DNA from: Chiloscyllium plagiosum
Lineage: Eukaryota
DNA length: 37,315 bases
Assembly: GCF_004010195.1 (NCBI RefSeq)
Contig: NC_057719.1
Span: 80,659,442 to 80,696,756, forward strand
Direction of reading: 5' to 3'
The position numbers and the translations under genes were made by a program. The notes beneath the pieces are model-generated. The model made no database searches, was not told the DNA's origin, and worked only from the letters and a program-made list of their open reading frames with translations. Below, in pieces: positions 11,386 through 23,169 of the stretch (position 1 is the stretch's first letter; the number at the start of each line of letters is the position of its first letter).

Positions 11386-11696
11386 TTTTAGATTACATTA
11401 CAGTGTGGAAACAGGCCCTTCGGCCCAACAAGTCCACACCGACCCGCCGAAGCGCAACCCACCCACACCCCTACGTTTACCCCTTACCTAACACTACGGG
11501 CAATTTAGCATGGCCAATTCACCTGACCCTGCACATCTTTGGATTGTGGGAGGAAACCGGAGCACCCGGAGGAAACCCACGCAGACACGGGGAGAATGTG
11601 CAAACTCCACACAGTCAGTCGCCTGAGGCGGGAATTGAACCCGGGTCTCAGGCGCTGTGAGGCAGCAGTGCTAACCACTGTGCCACCGTGCCGCCC
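11386..11696 (-). mobile_element. HE1-like V-SINE, full length, young
   Basis: Minus strand GGGCGGCACGGTGGCACAGTGGTTAGC..GGTTCAATTCC, CpGs retained, TAATCTAA tail. Confidence 0.95.
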
Positions 11697-12760
11697 ACAG
11701 AAGGAATCTGTAGGATGATGTAAATGGATTTGAGTGAATGGGCAAAATCTTGTCGGATGGAGTTTAATGTAGGGAAGTGCGAGGTCATGCATGTTGGGAG
11801 GAAAAATCAAAAGGCATACTATTATTTAAATGGAGAGATTCCAAAAACAGTGCAGCACTGAGAGATTTAGATGTTCTTGCGCTTGAAACACAAAACATTA
11901 TCAGGCGGGTGCAGCAATATTCAAGAGGAAATTGGCATTTTGGCCTATATGACTTGGTGGTTAGAGTTTAATCACAGGGTAGGCTTGTTATGACTGTACA
12001 GGATGTTGGTGAGGCCACACCTGGAGTACAGTGGACAGGTGTGGGATCCCTATTTAAGAAAGGATGTACAGGTACATAGTCCTTTATCCGAAATCCTGAA
12101 ATCCGAAAAGTTCTAAGATCCGAAGAATTTTTGACTCCGTAACAAGGTTGTTTGGCGCGCAAACAGTTAACCCAACTCCACCCCTATGTGGCATGGCAGC
12201 ATGGCCCAGCACTGACAGGTGTCAATTCTGTCTCAGCGCCCATTGTACTCACAGTTGCGTCTGCTGTTCAGTCATTTTTTTAAAATTTCACTGAGAAACC
12301 GTCAATTATTCCAAAATCCTGGAAGGCTATTCCTGGAAGGAAGGGGTTGACCTACCAAAAACAGGTAAACAGGTTAGGCCTTTAACCATTAGAGTTTGGA
12401 AGCATGAGAGATGATCTTATTGAAGTGTGCATGATTCTGAGGGGGCTTGACAGGCGAAATGATAAGATGATGTTTGCACTAATAGGGGATTCTCAACCAA
12501 GGAGACAGTTAAAGAGTTAGGGGACACACATTTAAAACAGAAATATCGAGGAATTTCTTCTCTGAGGGTAGGGAATGTCTGGAATTCTTTACCCCATAGA
12601 GTTGTGGAGGCTAAATTATGAAGTATTTAAAGAGGAGCTAGATAGAGGGGTAATGAGCTGACTCAATACAGGAGGTGAGGCATGTGACAGATTGACCCTG
12701 GTCTTACAGAATGGCTTAGCTGGCTTGAGGGCTGATCCTCTCGATCTGATGTTCTTATAC
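11697..12760 (+). mobile_element. Old CR1-like LINE remnant
   Basis: MEFNVGKCEVMHVGRKN and LYRMLVRPHLEYSGQVW motifs; decayed 3' end. Confidence 0.65.
12069..12320. mobile_element. Tigger-like MITE, truncated
   Basis: Starts TA|CAGGTACATAGTCCTTTATCCGAAA with repeated TCCGAA subterminal motifs; interrupts the CR1. Confidence 0.5.
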
Positions 12761-13426
12761 TGTCATGGTCAATTAGTTCATCAACCCTGCAGCAACCCCT
12801 CTAATCTGCACAAGTTGAAACATTCTCAGATCGAGCCTCCTGCCTTTCGGGTTTCCTTACTTGTCTCGCTTGCAGTCACACTCTGTGATCCTTCACTGCG
12901 GGCCCAATCAGAAGTCCCTACCCTAAAGGATTTCACTGCCTCCTTGCACAAGGTATCCAGGTAACTTGCCAACTTTTCAGACTCCAGCTAAATCCCAATG
13001 AGCTCAAGCTCCTAGAGTGGTAACCACTTGCTGCAGATGTATTTAGCCTGGATTACTTTGGCATCCACAATGCCCACACCCTACAGCTTTCACAAATCCC
13101 CCTCCACCACCATTCTGCCATTTCGATTCGCTACTTGATTATGTTATGCTGTTACATATTTGAAAGTTTTTTTATTAATCCCACCGTTGGTTCCTCTACT
13201 ATTTTATACCTCAGGAATAAAACAGACATTAAATTGCTTGGCAGAAACTAACTGAATTGCAAGCTTCTTCCCATCCAGTAGAATAAGTACCAATCCTTGG
13301 AAGATGAAAAAGTTAGAAAGTAAAGGCAAAGGAGCAGCTCCTGACCCTCATCACCTAACTCCCTGAATCACTGAAGTCCCAGAACTTTGTCCAAAGCCAC
13401 ACTCAGTGCTAAGTCACACCAAGACT

Positions 13427-13960
13427 TGTGAGAATACTGTGGCTTTCAGAGGTGCATTTTGTCCTTTTGTTTTGTAGAGATTTGGTACCATAGGTGACAA
13501 CCTGTCTTCCACATCAGTAAAGTAAACAGCTTGAGAGGCCTTTTTTTTTAAGTTGCAACAATAGAGGGCAGCATGAGAGGATGGAGTCAGGTTCCCACAG
13601 ACCAGGTTTTAGTTTGGCTTTCAGCATGTTGAAGCAGCCATACGTCTCTCCCTGCTACAGAAAAATGCTTGAGTTCTCTCTCTACCAGAGTTTGTCTTGG
13701 TGTTCTTTCCTTCTGGACTGGAGAAACACCGCATGCAAGATCGTCTATCTAACTGATTTTGCCTTAGCCAAGGCTATGTTTATGGGATGTTTCTATATTG
13801 GAACAGTTGCTGATTAGCAGTTAAGTAGTCTATTATTCTGTTATGTTTTCCACTAGAGTTAAAATTATACCAACTCCTCTTTCTCTTGTTTGTATTTTAA
13901 CTGTATAGGGATAAGAATAAAACATGGATTCGGTCAATTGTATCTGGGATAACTTTTTGA
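13427..13960 (+). mobile_element. LTR-like repeat, 3'-degraded
   Basis: Starts TGTGAG; shares TAAACAGCTTG.GAGGCCTT and TGTTTATGGGATGTT..TA.ATTGGAACAG with 7295-7924. Confidence 0.6.
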
Positions 13961-15247
13961 AAAAGCCATCAAATTAGTTTCCCCTCTCACCCCGGATTGA
14001 CCTATAGTATGATCTTGTTTAAAAAATTATCCAAATTCCCAGTGAATGTAACTACCAACTCTGTATTCATTAGCTTCTCAGGCAGTGCTTTCCAGATCAG
14101 AACAACCCACTGTATAAATTCCCTTTTATCTCTCTCTCTTGCCACCCCTCAAGCTTCTTCTGCCAACTATTTTAAAATTGGTTTCCTGCTTATGAACTCC
14201 TCGGTCATGGAAATCAGTTGGCTCCTATCGACTTAATTAGAACTCTGATTAATTTTGAAAACTTCTATTAAAATCCCCTTTTAATAGTCTTGGCTTTGGA
14301 ACAATCCCAGCTTCTCTTGTCTCTTCATTTTGACTGAAGTCCATCATTCTGATAAATCTCCTTTGCACCCTCTCTCTCACTTTTCTGAAGCACAGCTGTG
14401 AGAAACTGGGTGTAATACTCCAGCTGAAGACTGGTCAGTGATTTATACAGCCGCTCATAATTTTCCACACTCCCAAAGAATCATCCTTTAGCCTTCTCGG
14501 TCTCGAAGGTCAATGATATCTTAGTTGAAGAACTTCAACTTGTGGACAATCTGTCTGCCAGAGATTACCTACTAACCAGTCCTCGCTGATTCAGTAAGCA
14601 CGCCTGATTTAAATCTGCATGCTAAGGACTCACCAGCGCTTTATTAAGTATGTCTGCAAAACCAGACAGCTTTTGCCAGAAGTGTGGAGCATCCCATTCC
14701 AGTTCAATAAATCATGTTTGATTGCTAAGCCATCTGTCTCATCAGGGCTAATGGGTTTTTAGGAATACTTTTCCTGAGGGAGAATCATCTGTTTGTGCAA
14801 TTACATGTAAGCGACGAGTGAGCAATAATCACTATAAATGGTTGAACTATTACAGCTAGCAAGGGCACTGAAGATCTCAAGGCATCGTCTGAGCCTTGTC
14901 CTTTGCAAACAAGAAAAAAAGTCATCCTTTTTCATTCACATCAATAACTCTTCATAGCATTTAGTTCGACAAGAAACAGTTGCGAATTCAGCCAACCTTA
15001 CGATTGCTCGACTCCAATTATTCATTTTCCTTTCAACAGCAAGGTGGCCTGTTACAAATAATTCTGCCTTTTATAACAGACAGGCAGGAGGCTGGAAGAA
15101 CACAGCAAGCCAGGCAGCATCAGGAGGTGGAGAAGTCGACGTTTCGGGTGTAACCCACGTCCCTTCCACCCCTGGCTCAGCCATTATCTATTGTTAATGG
15201 ATGCCATATCAATTTGATGAGCTGTTGGGTGGTCTTCCATTTCCATG

Positions 15248-15349
15248 AGATTCCTGATTCCTGAAGAAGGGCTTATGCCCGAAACGTCGATTCTCCTGTT
15301 CCTTGGATGCTGCCTGACCTGCTGCGCTTTTCCAGCAACACATTTTCAG
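15248..15349 (+). mobile_element. 102-bp Penelope-terminus insert with perfect 14-bp TSD
   Basis: CTTCCATTTCCATG at 15234-15247 and 15350-15363; insert homologous to PLE terminal sequence. Confidence 0.85.
15261..15288 (+). ncRNA. Minimal hammerhead ribozyme-like motif (PLE type)
   Basis: CTGAAGA-A-GGGC-TTAT-GCCC-GAA-ACGT-C: CUGANGA and GAAA core, stem II, palindromic ACGT; stem I weak. Confidence 0.6.
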
Positions 15350-15754
15350 CTTCCATTTCCATGCCCATACACGCTCAGCAATTCACTCTGTCAATCAAGT
15401 GTGTAATTCAGTGTCTCCCTGTTCACCAAACTGATTGTATCATCGACTATTATTGTAGATAAGGTGAGCTGTTAAAAAAAATAATTCCTAGATCAATTAA
15501 TGATGACATGTCTATTGGGCACTGGTACTGGTGATGGGCTTTGGGTGCATACTATAAGGGGACTGAAATCTGCTCCACACTCACAGGCAATTATGGCAAT
15601 GTGGGCTGAACCAGCCATTGAAAAAAAAAGGGCAACAATGAAATCCTTGTTCAGTGCTTTATATTACGTTGACCTCAATTGCCACCTGATTGCCATTCTT
15701 CCCTTTTGGAACACCACAGTGCTTGCCTCATACTGTTTAATTCCATACTCTTTG

Positions 15755-16245
15755 TAGAGTCATAGAGTTGTACAGCATAGAAACAGTCCTTTTGGTCCAA
15801 CTTGTCCATGTCGACCAGTTATCCTACATAAATCTAGTTCCATTTGGCCCATATGATGCCTTTTAAATGTGCAATTGTACCAGCCTCCACCACTTCTTCT
15901 GGCAGCTCAGTCCATACACGTACCACCCTCTGCGTGAAAAAGTTACCCCATACATCATTTTAAAATCTTTCCCCTCTTACCTTAAACCTATGCCCTCTAG
16001 TTTTGGACTCACCTGCTTTGGGTAAAAGACCTTGTCTACTTACCCTATCCATCCCTTCATGATTTTATAAACCTCTATAAGGTCAGCCTCCCAACGCTCC
16101 AGGGAAAACAGCGCCAGCCTATTCAGCCTCTCCCTATAGCTCAGACCCTCCAACTTTGACAAACATCCTTGTAAATGTTTTCTGATGCTTTCAAGTTTAA
16201 TGTCTTTCCCATATCAGGGAGACAGGAATTAAACACTGTATTCCT
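15755..16245 (-). mobile_element. CR1/HER1-like LINE 3' end
   Basis: Begins with the reverse-complement tail AGAGTCATAGAG; homologous to 2600-3126. Confidence 0.88.
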
Positions 16246-16871
16246 TCTCCCAGTGGGAGAAAGAACAGAAGTTTGCTGGGTATTGAATCAATGAATGGCG
16301 CTTAGGCTAAATCAACAGAAGCAGCAAAAAAAACACCAAAAATAAATTAAAATCATCATCCAATTCAAAACAGTCTACTTGTTCATTGAACCAATCACTG
16401 TCTCCAACACCAATATGCCATGGCTGCAGTTGTACAATCTTCATTAACCAATAACCTCTACCATCTAAAAAGCCAAGGGCAGGGGGCACATGGGAAGCCA
16501 CCTGCCAAGTCCTCTCCAAGACCCAACTTTGGCTTTATTGCGAGTTCCTCATGGTTGATGGGCCATAATCCGAGAATTCAGTCTAGAAAGCAATGTGAGT
16601 GGACTAGTGCTGCAGTCCATTGATTCTCCTGCTCCTCTGATGCTGCCTGATCTGCGGTGCTTTTCCAGCACCACACTCTCGACTCTGCGGCTACTCAAGT
16701 GCAAGGCTGACCAGCAGCTTCTCAAAGAGAACTGGGGATGGTCATGAGATGTTGATGTGGTCATGATGCCTACAACTGACCATCTACAAGGCACAAGTCA
16801 GGAGTGTGATGGAAGACTCCCCACTTGCCTGACTGGGTGCAGCTCCAACAACACTCAAGAATTTTGAGCAA

Positions 16872-17000
16872 GAAGCCATGATTCGGAGATGCCAGTGTTT
16901 CACTGGGGTGTACAAAGTTAAAAATCACACAACACCAGGTTATAGTCCAACAGGTTTAATTGGAAGCACACTAGCTTTCAGAGCGACGTTCCTCCATTCA
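16872..17000 (-). mobile_element. Probable Penelope-type terminal fragment, second family
   Basis: Minus strand GGAACGTCGCTCTGAAAGCTAG (degenerate stem II + GAA-AGCT-A) followed by CCAATTAAACCTGTTGGACTATAACCTGG. Confidence 0.5.
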
Positions 17001-17382
17001 AATGACTCTTAAATTTGCTGAGCAATTGTATTAGCTTCCAACACTTCCTCTGGCAGCTTATTCCATACACGTACCACCCTCTGTGTGAAAATGTTGCCCC
17101 GTAGGTCTCTTTTATATCTTTCCCTTCTCACCCTAAACCTATGCCCTCTAGTTCTAGACTCTCCGACCCCAGGGAAAAGACTTTGCCTATTTACCCTATC
17201 CATGCCCCTCATAATTTTGTATATCTCTATAAGGTCACCCCTCAGTCTCCGATGCTCAAGGGAAAACAGCCCCAACCTGTTCAGCCTCTCCCTATAGCTC
17301 AAATCCTCCAACCCTGGCAACATCCTTGTAAATCTTCTCTGAACCCTTTCAAGTTTCACAACATCTTTCTGATAGGAAGGAG

Positions 17383-17906
17383 AGGAGAAAGTGAGGTCTG
17401 CAGATGCTGGAGATCAAAGTTGAAACTTTATTGCTGGAACAGCACAGCAGGTCAGGCAGCATCCAGGGAACAGGAGATTCGACGTTTCGGGCACAGGCCC
17501 TTCTTCAGGAATGAGCAGAGAGTGTTCAGCAGGAGAAGATAAAAGGTAGGGAGGAGGAACTTGGAGGAGGGGCGTTGGAAATGTCTTCTTCTTGACCTCT
17601 CCGCCTCCACCCTACTCCGACCTATCACCCTCACCTTGACCTCTTTCCACCTCTCCGACCGTCGGGTTGTTGTGGTTTGGCGGTGGATGAGTCCAATGAC
17701 CTGCATATCCTCGGTGGAGTGGGAGGGGGAGTTGAAATGCTGTGCTACAGGTTGGTTGGGTTGGTTCGTCCGGGTGGCCCAGAGGTGCTCTCTGAATCGC
17801 TCCGCAAGTAGGCGGCCAGTCTCCCCAATATAGAGGAGGTTACACCGGCTGCAGCGGATGCAGTAGATGATGTGGGTGGAGGTGCAGGTGAATCTGTGGC
17901 GGATAT
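17383..17906 (-). mobile_element. Penelope-like element 3' fragment (GIY-YIG endonuclease + terminus)
   Basis: FTCTSTHIIYCIRCSRCNLLYIGETGRLLAERFREH..PVAQHFN; GGAAGGAG duplicated at 17375-17382 and 17907-17914. Confidence 0.9.
17477..17512 (-). ncRNA. Minimal hammerhead ribozyme-like motif (PLE type)
   Basis: Minus strand ATTC-CTGAAGA-A-GGGC-CTGT-GCCC-GAA-ACGT-C-GAAT; stem I ATTC/GAAT and stem II GGGC/GCCC both pair. Confidence 0.7.
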
Positions 17907-18040
17907 GGAAGGAGACCAGAATTGCACACAATATTCCAACAGTGGCCTAACCAATGTCCTGTACAGCCGCAACATGACCTCCCAACTCCTGTACTCAATG
18001 CTCTGACCAATAAAGGAAAGCATACCAAACGCCACCTTCA

Positions 18041-18228
18041 CTCTGCTGTAACATGACCGTTTGTTCCTCTGTGACTTCGTGCTATAGGAAATCGTGCTGT
18101 GGAAGATCGCGAATGGAAAATCACTAAATCTGTTCATCAGAAAGTTTGCATTATCCAAACAACATCCACAATTTGTCAATTGCGTTGTAGCCAATTCACA
18201 TTGATGAAACACACGTTATAGCAGAACT
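18041..18228. mobile_element. Tigger-like MITE, degraded
   Basis: Inverted ends TCTGCTGTAACATG / CACGTTATAGCAGA. Confidence 0.45.
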
Positions 18229-19999
18229 TAATCTAACCTTACCGATAACTAAAAAAAAATGGCAGATGGACTACAACCATTTCAGAGACATGCTGAGCAC
18301 CAACTTTTCGAGGGTGATTAGGGTCAAGCCGGTAGTGTGCATACCAATGAGAGAATTTCAAAAAAACTTCTCTCTGTAATATTAGTTAAGCACAGTCAAC
18401 TGAGACCATGAAATTAGAAAGAAGGCTCTCACACAGATTAGTCTGGTAAAGATCCAAGGCTATGGGGAGGCAGCAAGGCAATGGAAATGATTTGGATTGG
18501 ACTAGCAAAGGACCATCACTGTGACAATGAGCAGAATGACCTCTCTGTGTGCTGTGAATCATAGGGCCTTGATGGATTGTCTAGTGCTAAGTGCCAATAA
18601 TAAACAGTGGCTGAGTATAGCATCCATCAGCAATGATGTTCCATACCACAAAGGGGGGAAAGAAAAATCATAGAACAGGTCAAGAAATGCACTTTTAAAA
18701 ACAAATGTAAAGGAAGGAAACACTGTAATCAATGTGCCCTGTTGGGGTATAACTGATTGATTACTCACAGAGTTAAAGTATTGCTGTCTATCACAAACTT
18801 GCAGTTATAATCTGTAGTAACACAAAACTGATGTTGAATTGACAGCTAATTTTAAACCTCATTCAACACCTTTTCCCATGGAAGTTGTTAGAAATTAATG
18901 CCAAGACCTAGTTTAAAAAAAAACTCCATTTTGTTTCAGAATAATTCATTTACGTCTGGTTCCATTTTATGGCAAGCTTGATAGCCAAAGTATATAACCA
19001 CAGCCCGTCAATGTATCTGACTGGTAACATCTGAAAGGCTGTAACTGTGGTCAGATGAAATATTCCTGAATCGTTGTAATCTTTTCATGGCAATATCTAA
19101 AACTTCATTCTTTTCTGAACACTGTTATGAGCCCCATGGAGAACAAGCTATAAAGGAGCCTCCAAACAACTCCAACGAATTGGAATTGGCAGATAAGATT
19201 TTACCGTTTAAGTATTTTACTGTCAGCAAAACGAACATGAACTTGGGTACATGTGAATCAACAAATGGAGTGTCACTTGAAAGGATGAATTGCACTTTTT
19301 AAATAATAGTTGACACTGCAAAGATACGCCTCAACTAACTGCATGACTTTCTGCATAAATGTGGCAATCTCTCATCCCTCCAGTACGTAAGAGACTCGCA
19401 CTTCTCCACTTCAACCGATTTGGCTCTCAAGTTATTTTCACTGGTAATTATGCTCTAGCCAAAATCCCTGGACATTCTTGACACAATCAGAGTGCATTTC
19501 AATGAACTTGGGTCATGTCAGTCCTGATGGCATAGTTTTCCCGATTTCCTTTCCAACTGGCTAGTCAATGACAGCCTGTTCACAGTTTGGCCCTCTGATA
19601 CAAACACTCAGCTCTTTCACATGCCTGAGCTATTCAATTAGGATTCAGCCCCCTTAAGCTCACTAGTACATAGCTTCTATCCTTCCTTACCACCAGACAG
19701 CAAACTGGGTAATTTGGGAACAGCTTCACCTCCCCCTCCTCCTCACACAGATTCTATGCCCTGTTGCTGAACACAAGCTGCAACTCAAAAGTTCCAATTA
19801 GTTTCCCCTCTTAAATGAAACATTCATCAAGTTAACCAATCCCTATTGGGGCACTGTAACAGAGACAAAATCAAACCGTGGAACCTTAGAAAACTGAAAT
19901 GGAAGCTTATCAAACATTCAGCAAAATAACATTAACTGGGATGATGAGGCATCCTGTGGTGTCCCTCCCATCTCTAAAGGTTGGTCGGCTAATTTGTTA

Positions 20000-21197
20000 A
20001 GTTAGATCAGATGGGATTCAGGGAGAGCTTGCCAACTGGATATAAAATTGGCTTGACGGTAGGAGACAGAGGATGGTAGTGAAGGGTTCTCTTTAGGACT
20101 GATCGCCTGTGTTCCACAGGGATTGGCGCCACATCCACTTTTGTATAAAACAATTTGGATGAGAATTTAGGAGGTATGGTGAGCAAGTTTGTAGCCGGCA
20201 CCAAAATTGATCGTATAGTGAACAGTGAAGAAGGTTACCTAAGATTACAAAGGGATTTTGATCAATTGGGCCAATGGGCTGAGAAGTGGCAGGACCAGTT
20301 TAATTTGGATAAATGCAAGATAATGCATTTTGGTAAAACAGACAAGGACAGGACTTAGATATTTAATGGTAGGGCCTTGCATAGTGTTGTCGAAAGAGGG
20401 AGACCTCGAGCAAAAGTAAATTACTGCAGATGCTGGAATCTGTTGTGAAAATAAAAAAAATGCTGGAAATCATAGCAGGTAAGGCATCATCCATGGAGAG
20501 AGGGCAAGCTAACATTGAGTCGAGACTCGAAACGTTAGGTTGCTGTCTCTCCACTGATGCTGCCTAACCTGTTGTGACTTCCAGCATTTTTTATTTTCGG
20601 AGAGACCTATGGGTTCGTTGAAATTTGTGTCACCGATAGACAGGTTGCTTTTATTCCCAAACCATTGAGTATAGGAGTTAGGACGTGGTGTTGAGGTTGT
20701 ACAGGATGTTGGTGAGGCCACTTTTGGAGTATGGTGTACAGTTCTGGTCACCTTGCTACATTAAGTTGGAGAGACTTCAGAAAAGATTTACCAGGACGTT
20801 GCTGGGACTGGAGGGTTTGAGTTACAAGGATAAGCTGGATAGTCTGGGATTTGTTTTTTTCACTGGAGTGCAGGGGGATGAGAGCTGACCTTGTGGATGC
20901 TTACAAAATCATGAGAGGCATGAATATGGTGAATAGCAAAGGGTCTTTTCCCTGGATTGGGTAAGTTCACAACTAAGGGGGATATTTTTAAGATGAGAGG
21001 AGAAAGCTGTAAAAGGGGTTGGAGGATCAAGTTTCTCACACAGAGTGCATGGAATGAACTGCAAAAGGAAGTGGTGGATGCAGGTATAGTTACAACATGA
21101 ATAGGAAAGGTTGAGGGCCAAGTGCAGGCAAGTGGGACACTTGGTCAGCATGGACGAGTTGGACCAAAGAGTCTGATCCATGCTGTATGACTCTATT
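20000..21197 (+). mobile_element. CR1-like LINE 3' part with deletions
   Basis: MVSKFVAGTKI..LQRDFDQLGQWAEKWQ; LVRPLLEYGVQFWSP; tail TATGACTCT. Confidence 0.88.
20411..20598. mobile_element. Palindromic Penelope-terminus-derived element inside CR1
   Basis: Inverted arms ~20447-20521 / 20524-20598; GAGACCT duplicated at 20400-20406 and 20602-20608. Confidence 0.7.
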
Positions 21198-21199
21198 CC

Positions 21200-21400
21200 T
21201 ATATCGTGTCAGTGGACACCACATGCTCCCTCTCCAGGAATATCCAAGTGGGGATATAACCATGGAAGAGGGGCAGTCAGGCACTGCAACCCACTGCAAG
21301 ACCTGTTGGTCACTATGGCCAGGCTCAGGAGCAGGCTTCTGAGGAAGCCCTCTGAATTACTCATCCCCAAAGTGAACTCAGCCAGGGTAGTAAATTCACA
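21200..21400 (-). mobile_element. Tx1/L1-like LINE ORF2 C-terminal fragment
   Basis: Minus-strand PLFHGYI..LEREHVVSTDT and LLLSLAIV.NRS resemble Tx1-clade ORF2 ends. Confidence 0.45.
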
Positions 21401-21403
21401 GAA

Positions 21404-21652
21404 GTCGGTCTGTGTGGAGTTTGCACATTCTCCCCGTGTCTGCATGGGTTTCCTCCGGGTGCTCCGGTTTCCTCCCACAGTCCAAAGACGTGCAGGTCAG
21501 GTGAATTGGCCATGCTAAATTACCCATAGTGTTAGGTGCATTAGTCAGAGGGAAATGGGACTGGATGGGTTACTCTTTGGAGGGTCAGTGTGGACTTGTT
21601 GGGCCGAAAGGCCTGTTTCTACACTGTAGGGAATCAAATCTAATTTAATCTA
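21404..21652 (+). mobile_element. HE1-like SINE, 5'-truncated
   Basis: Central block and tail match the other copies. Confidence 0.88.
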
Positions 21653-21982
21653 TCGATCCCATATAGTCAGGAATTTCAAATATCCCTCTTTTAAATAATA
21701 ATTTCTCTTTAGCTTCACTTTGGATTTAAAGCAAAGAGATTTTAACATTGACTAGATAACATTGTTTATATTACATCTTCCAGGATTTGAAGAGTTAAAC
21801 AATGGGTAAAGTTTATGTAAACGTGGGTGATCTTTCCTGGAATATAAAATGTTACGGGGTGAGATTTTCTCAGAATTTGGTAAGAAATTGTTCGGGTAGA
21901 AAGGGAACTCTGATTTGCTGGTGCTTGAATCTGGGACAAAGAGACAAAGTGTTGGTCTGATTGTTGTCTCAAGCCCACCTAG

Positions 21983-22148
21983 AGATAACAAGAATTGCAG
22001 ATGCTGGAGAGTCAGAGTGGATAAGATGTGGTGCCTGAGAAAGCTCAGCAGACCAAGCAGCATCAGAGGAGAAGGGGAGTCGATGTTTCATGTCAGAACC
22101 TTTCATCAGGATGGGAAATTCTGACTTGAAATGTCGACTCCCCTTCTC
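21983..22148. mobile_element. Partly palindromic Penelope-terminus-derived element
   Basis: TGCAGATGCTGGA head; inverted GAGAAGGGGAGTCGATGTTTCA.GTCAGAA / TTCTGAC.TGAAATGTCGACTCCCCTTCTC. Confidence 0.65.
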
Positions 22149-23169
22149 GTTTGATGTCTCAACCCCAGCTTCCCATCTAATCCTTGACTCCCTTATTGAT
22201 CTACCTCTACCTTGAATAAATTCAATGACACAACTTTCTGGGGAAGAGAACTCCACAGGCTAATGACTTTCTGAGAAGCAAATATTCTTATTTACATCTT
22301 TAAAGGGGGTCCTCTTATTCATAAACTCTGTGTCCAATTGTGGTCTCCTCACAACAGGAAGCATCCTCCCAGAATCCATCTTTGAGTCCTTTCAGCATCT
22401 GATTTTGTTCAATAAAGTCACCTGTCATTCTTCTAAACTTTATTGGTTACAAGCTGAGTCTGAACATCCCCTCTTTATAAGATGACATCTCCATCCCAGG
22501 AATATATTGCGCAGAAATCCTCTGAAATGCTTTTACTACCAGTAATAGGGGGAAACAAGCTTGAGCAGTAAAAGCCATGAGAGGAAAAGTCTAGACTGAC
22601 CACCCTGAAAAAGAGATTGACCACTGGACACACACAAAGCAGATTTAATCTCTTCCAGGAAACAAAACTACCTTTCCATCTTCAAAACTAGGCTGGGAAA
22701 TGGAGTTAAGATTTCTAAAAAAAAATTTAATAATTTCTAATTTACTTGATGACAAACTTAAACACAAGCAAGGCTTCAGAAACAAGCTGATCAATCAATT
22801 GGGGGGAAAAGAAATTGGAAAATAAACTGTATTTACTAGAATCCAAAGTTTCAGAACACAAACAGTAAGGTTAGAGCTATTCCTTTGACAATTTAAGTGA
22901 GAAATTAATGTTTTACCAAGCAAGTTTTACTGATTTTCTTCACCAAAAACTAACATATTGGAGATTAAGAAAGAGTGAAATTCTAAACGAGGATTATCAA
23001 ATTTAACATGAAAAGACCTCAGACACAGAAAGAGTTGGCACAAATGATGTCATAGCAGTAACCTTGACTACAGTCAAAAGGTTACTGAATCTTATTGATT
23101 GAAGCAATTTTGTGAAAGGTTCTACTCAAGATATTTTAGAAATCCTTCTTATACCTTGGAAAGGAATAT

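Larger units (their letters stand above)
9330..13100 (-). mobile_element. Fragmented 5' half of an old CR1 LINE (ORF1 zinc-finger/SGNH-esterase-like region plus ORF2 APE endonuclease start)
   Basis: Minus-strand translations: EMNKYDVVAITETRLQ (~9405-9455, APE motif); VLQSLCEELGKIKKGTSKTIVSG (~10465-10545); YICSK..SYLDTLCKEAV (~12930-13045); interrupted by younger inserts. Confidence 0.6.
17022..18040 (-). mobile_element. CR1/HER1-like LINE interrupted by a PLE fragment
   Basis: ORF 17009..17359 (KLERVQRRFTRMLPGLE..) and ORF 17745..18212 (LVRPLLEYCVQFWSP) join across the insert. Confidence 0.9.

Noticed and set aside
11178..11660. 160-aa ORF (and the similar 28952..29497)
   Set aside because: Chance read-through of antisense SINE sequence
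15075..15349. One large palindromic element spanning 15075-15349
   Set aside because: The arms are from different subfamilies and the right one has its own 14-bp TSD, so these are two independent insertions
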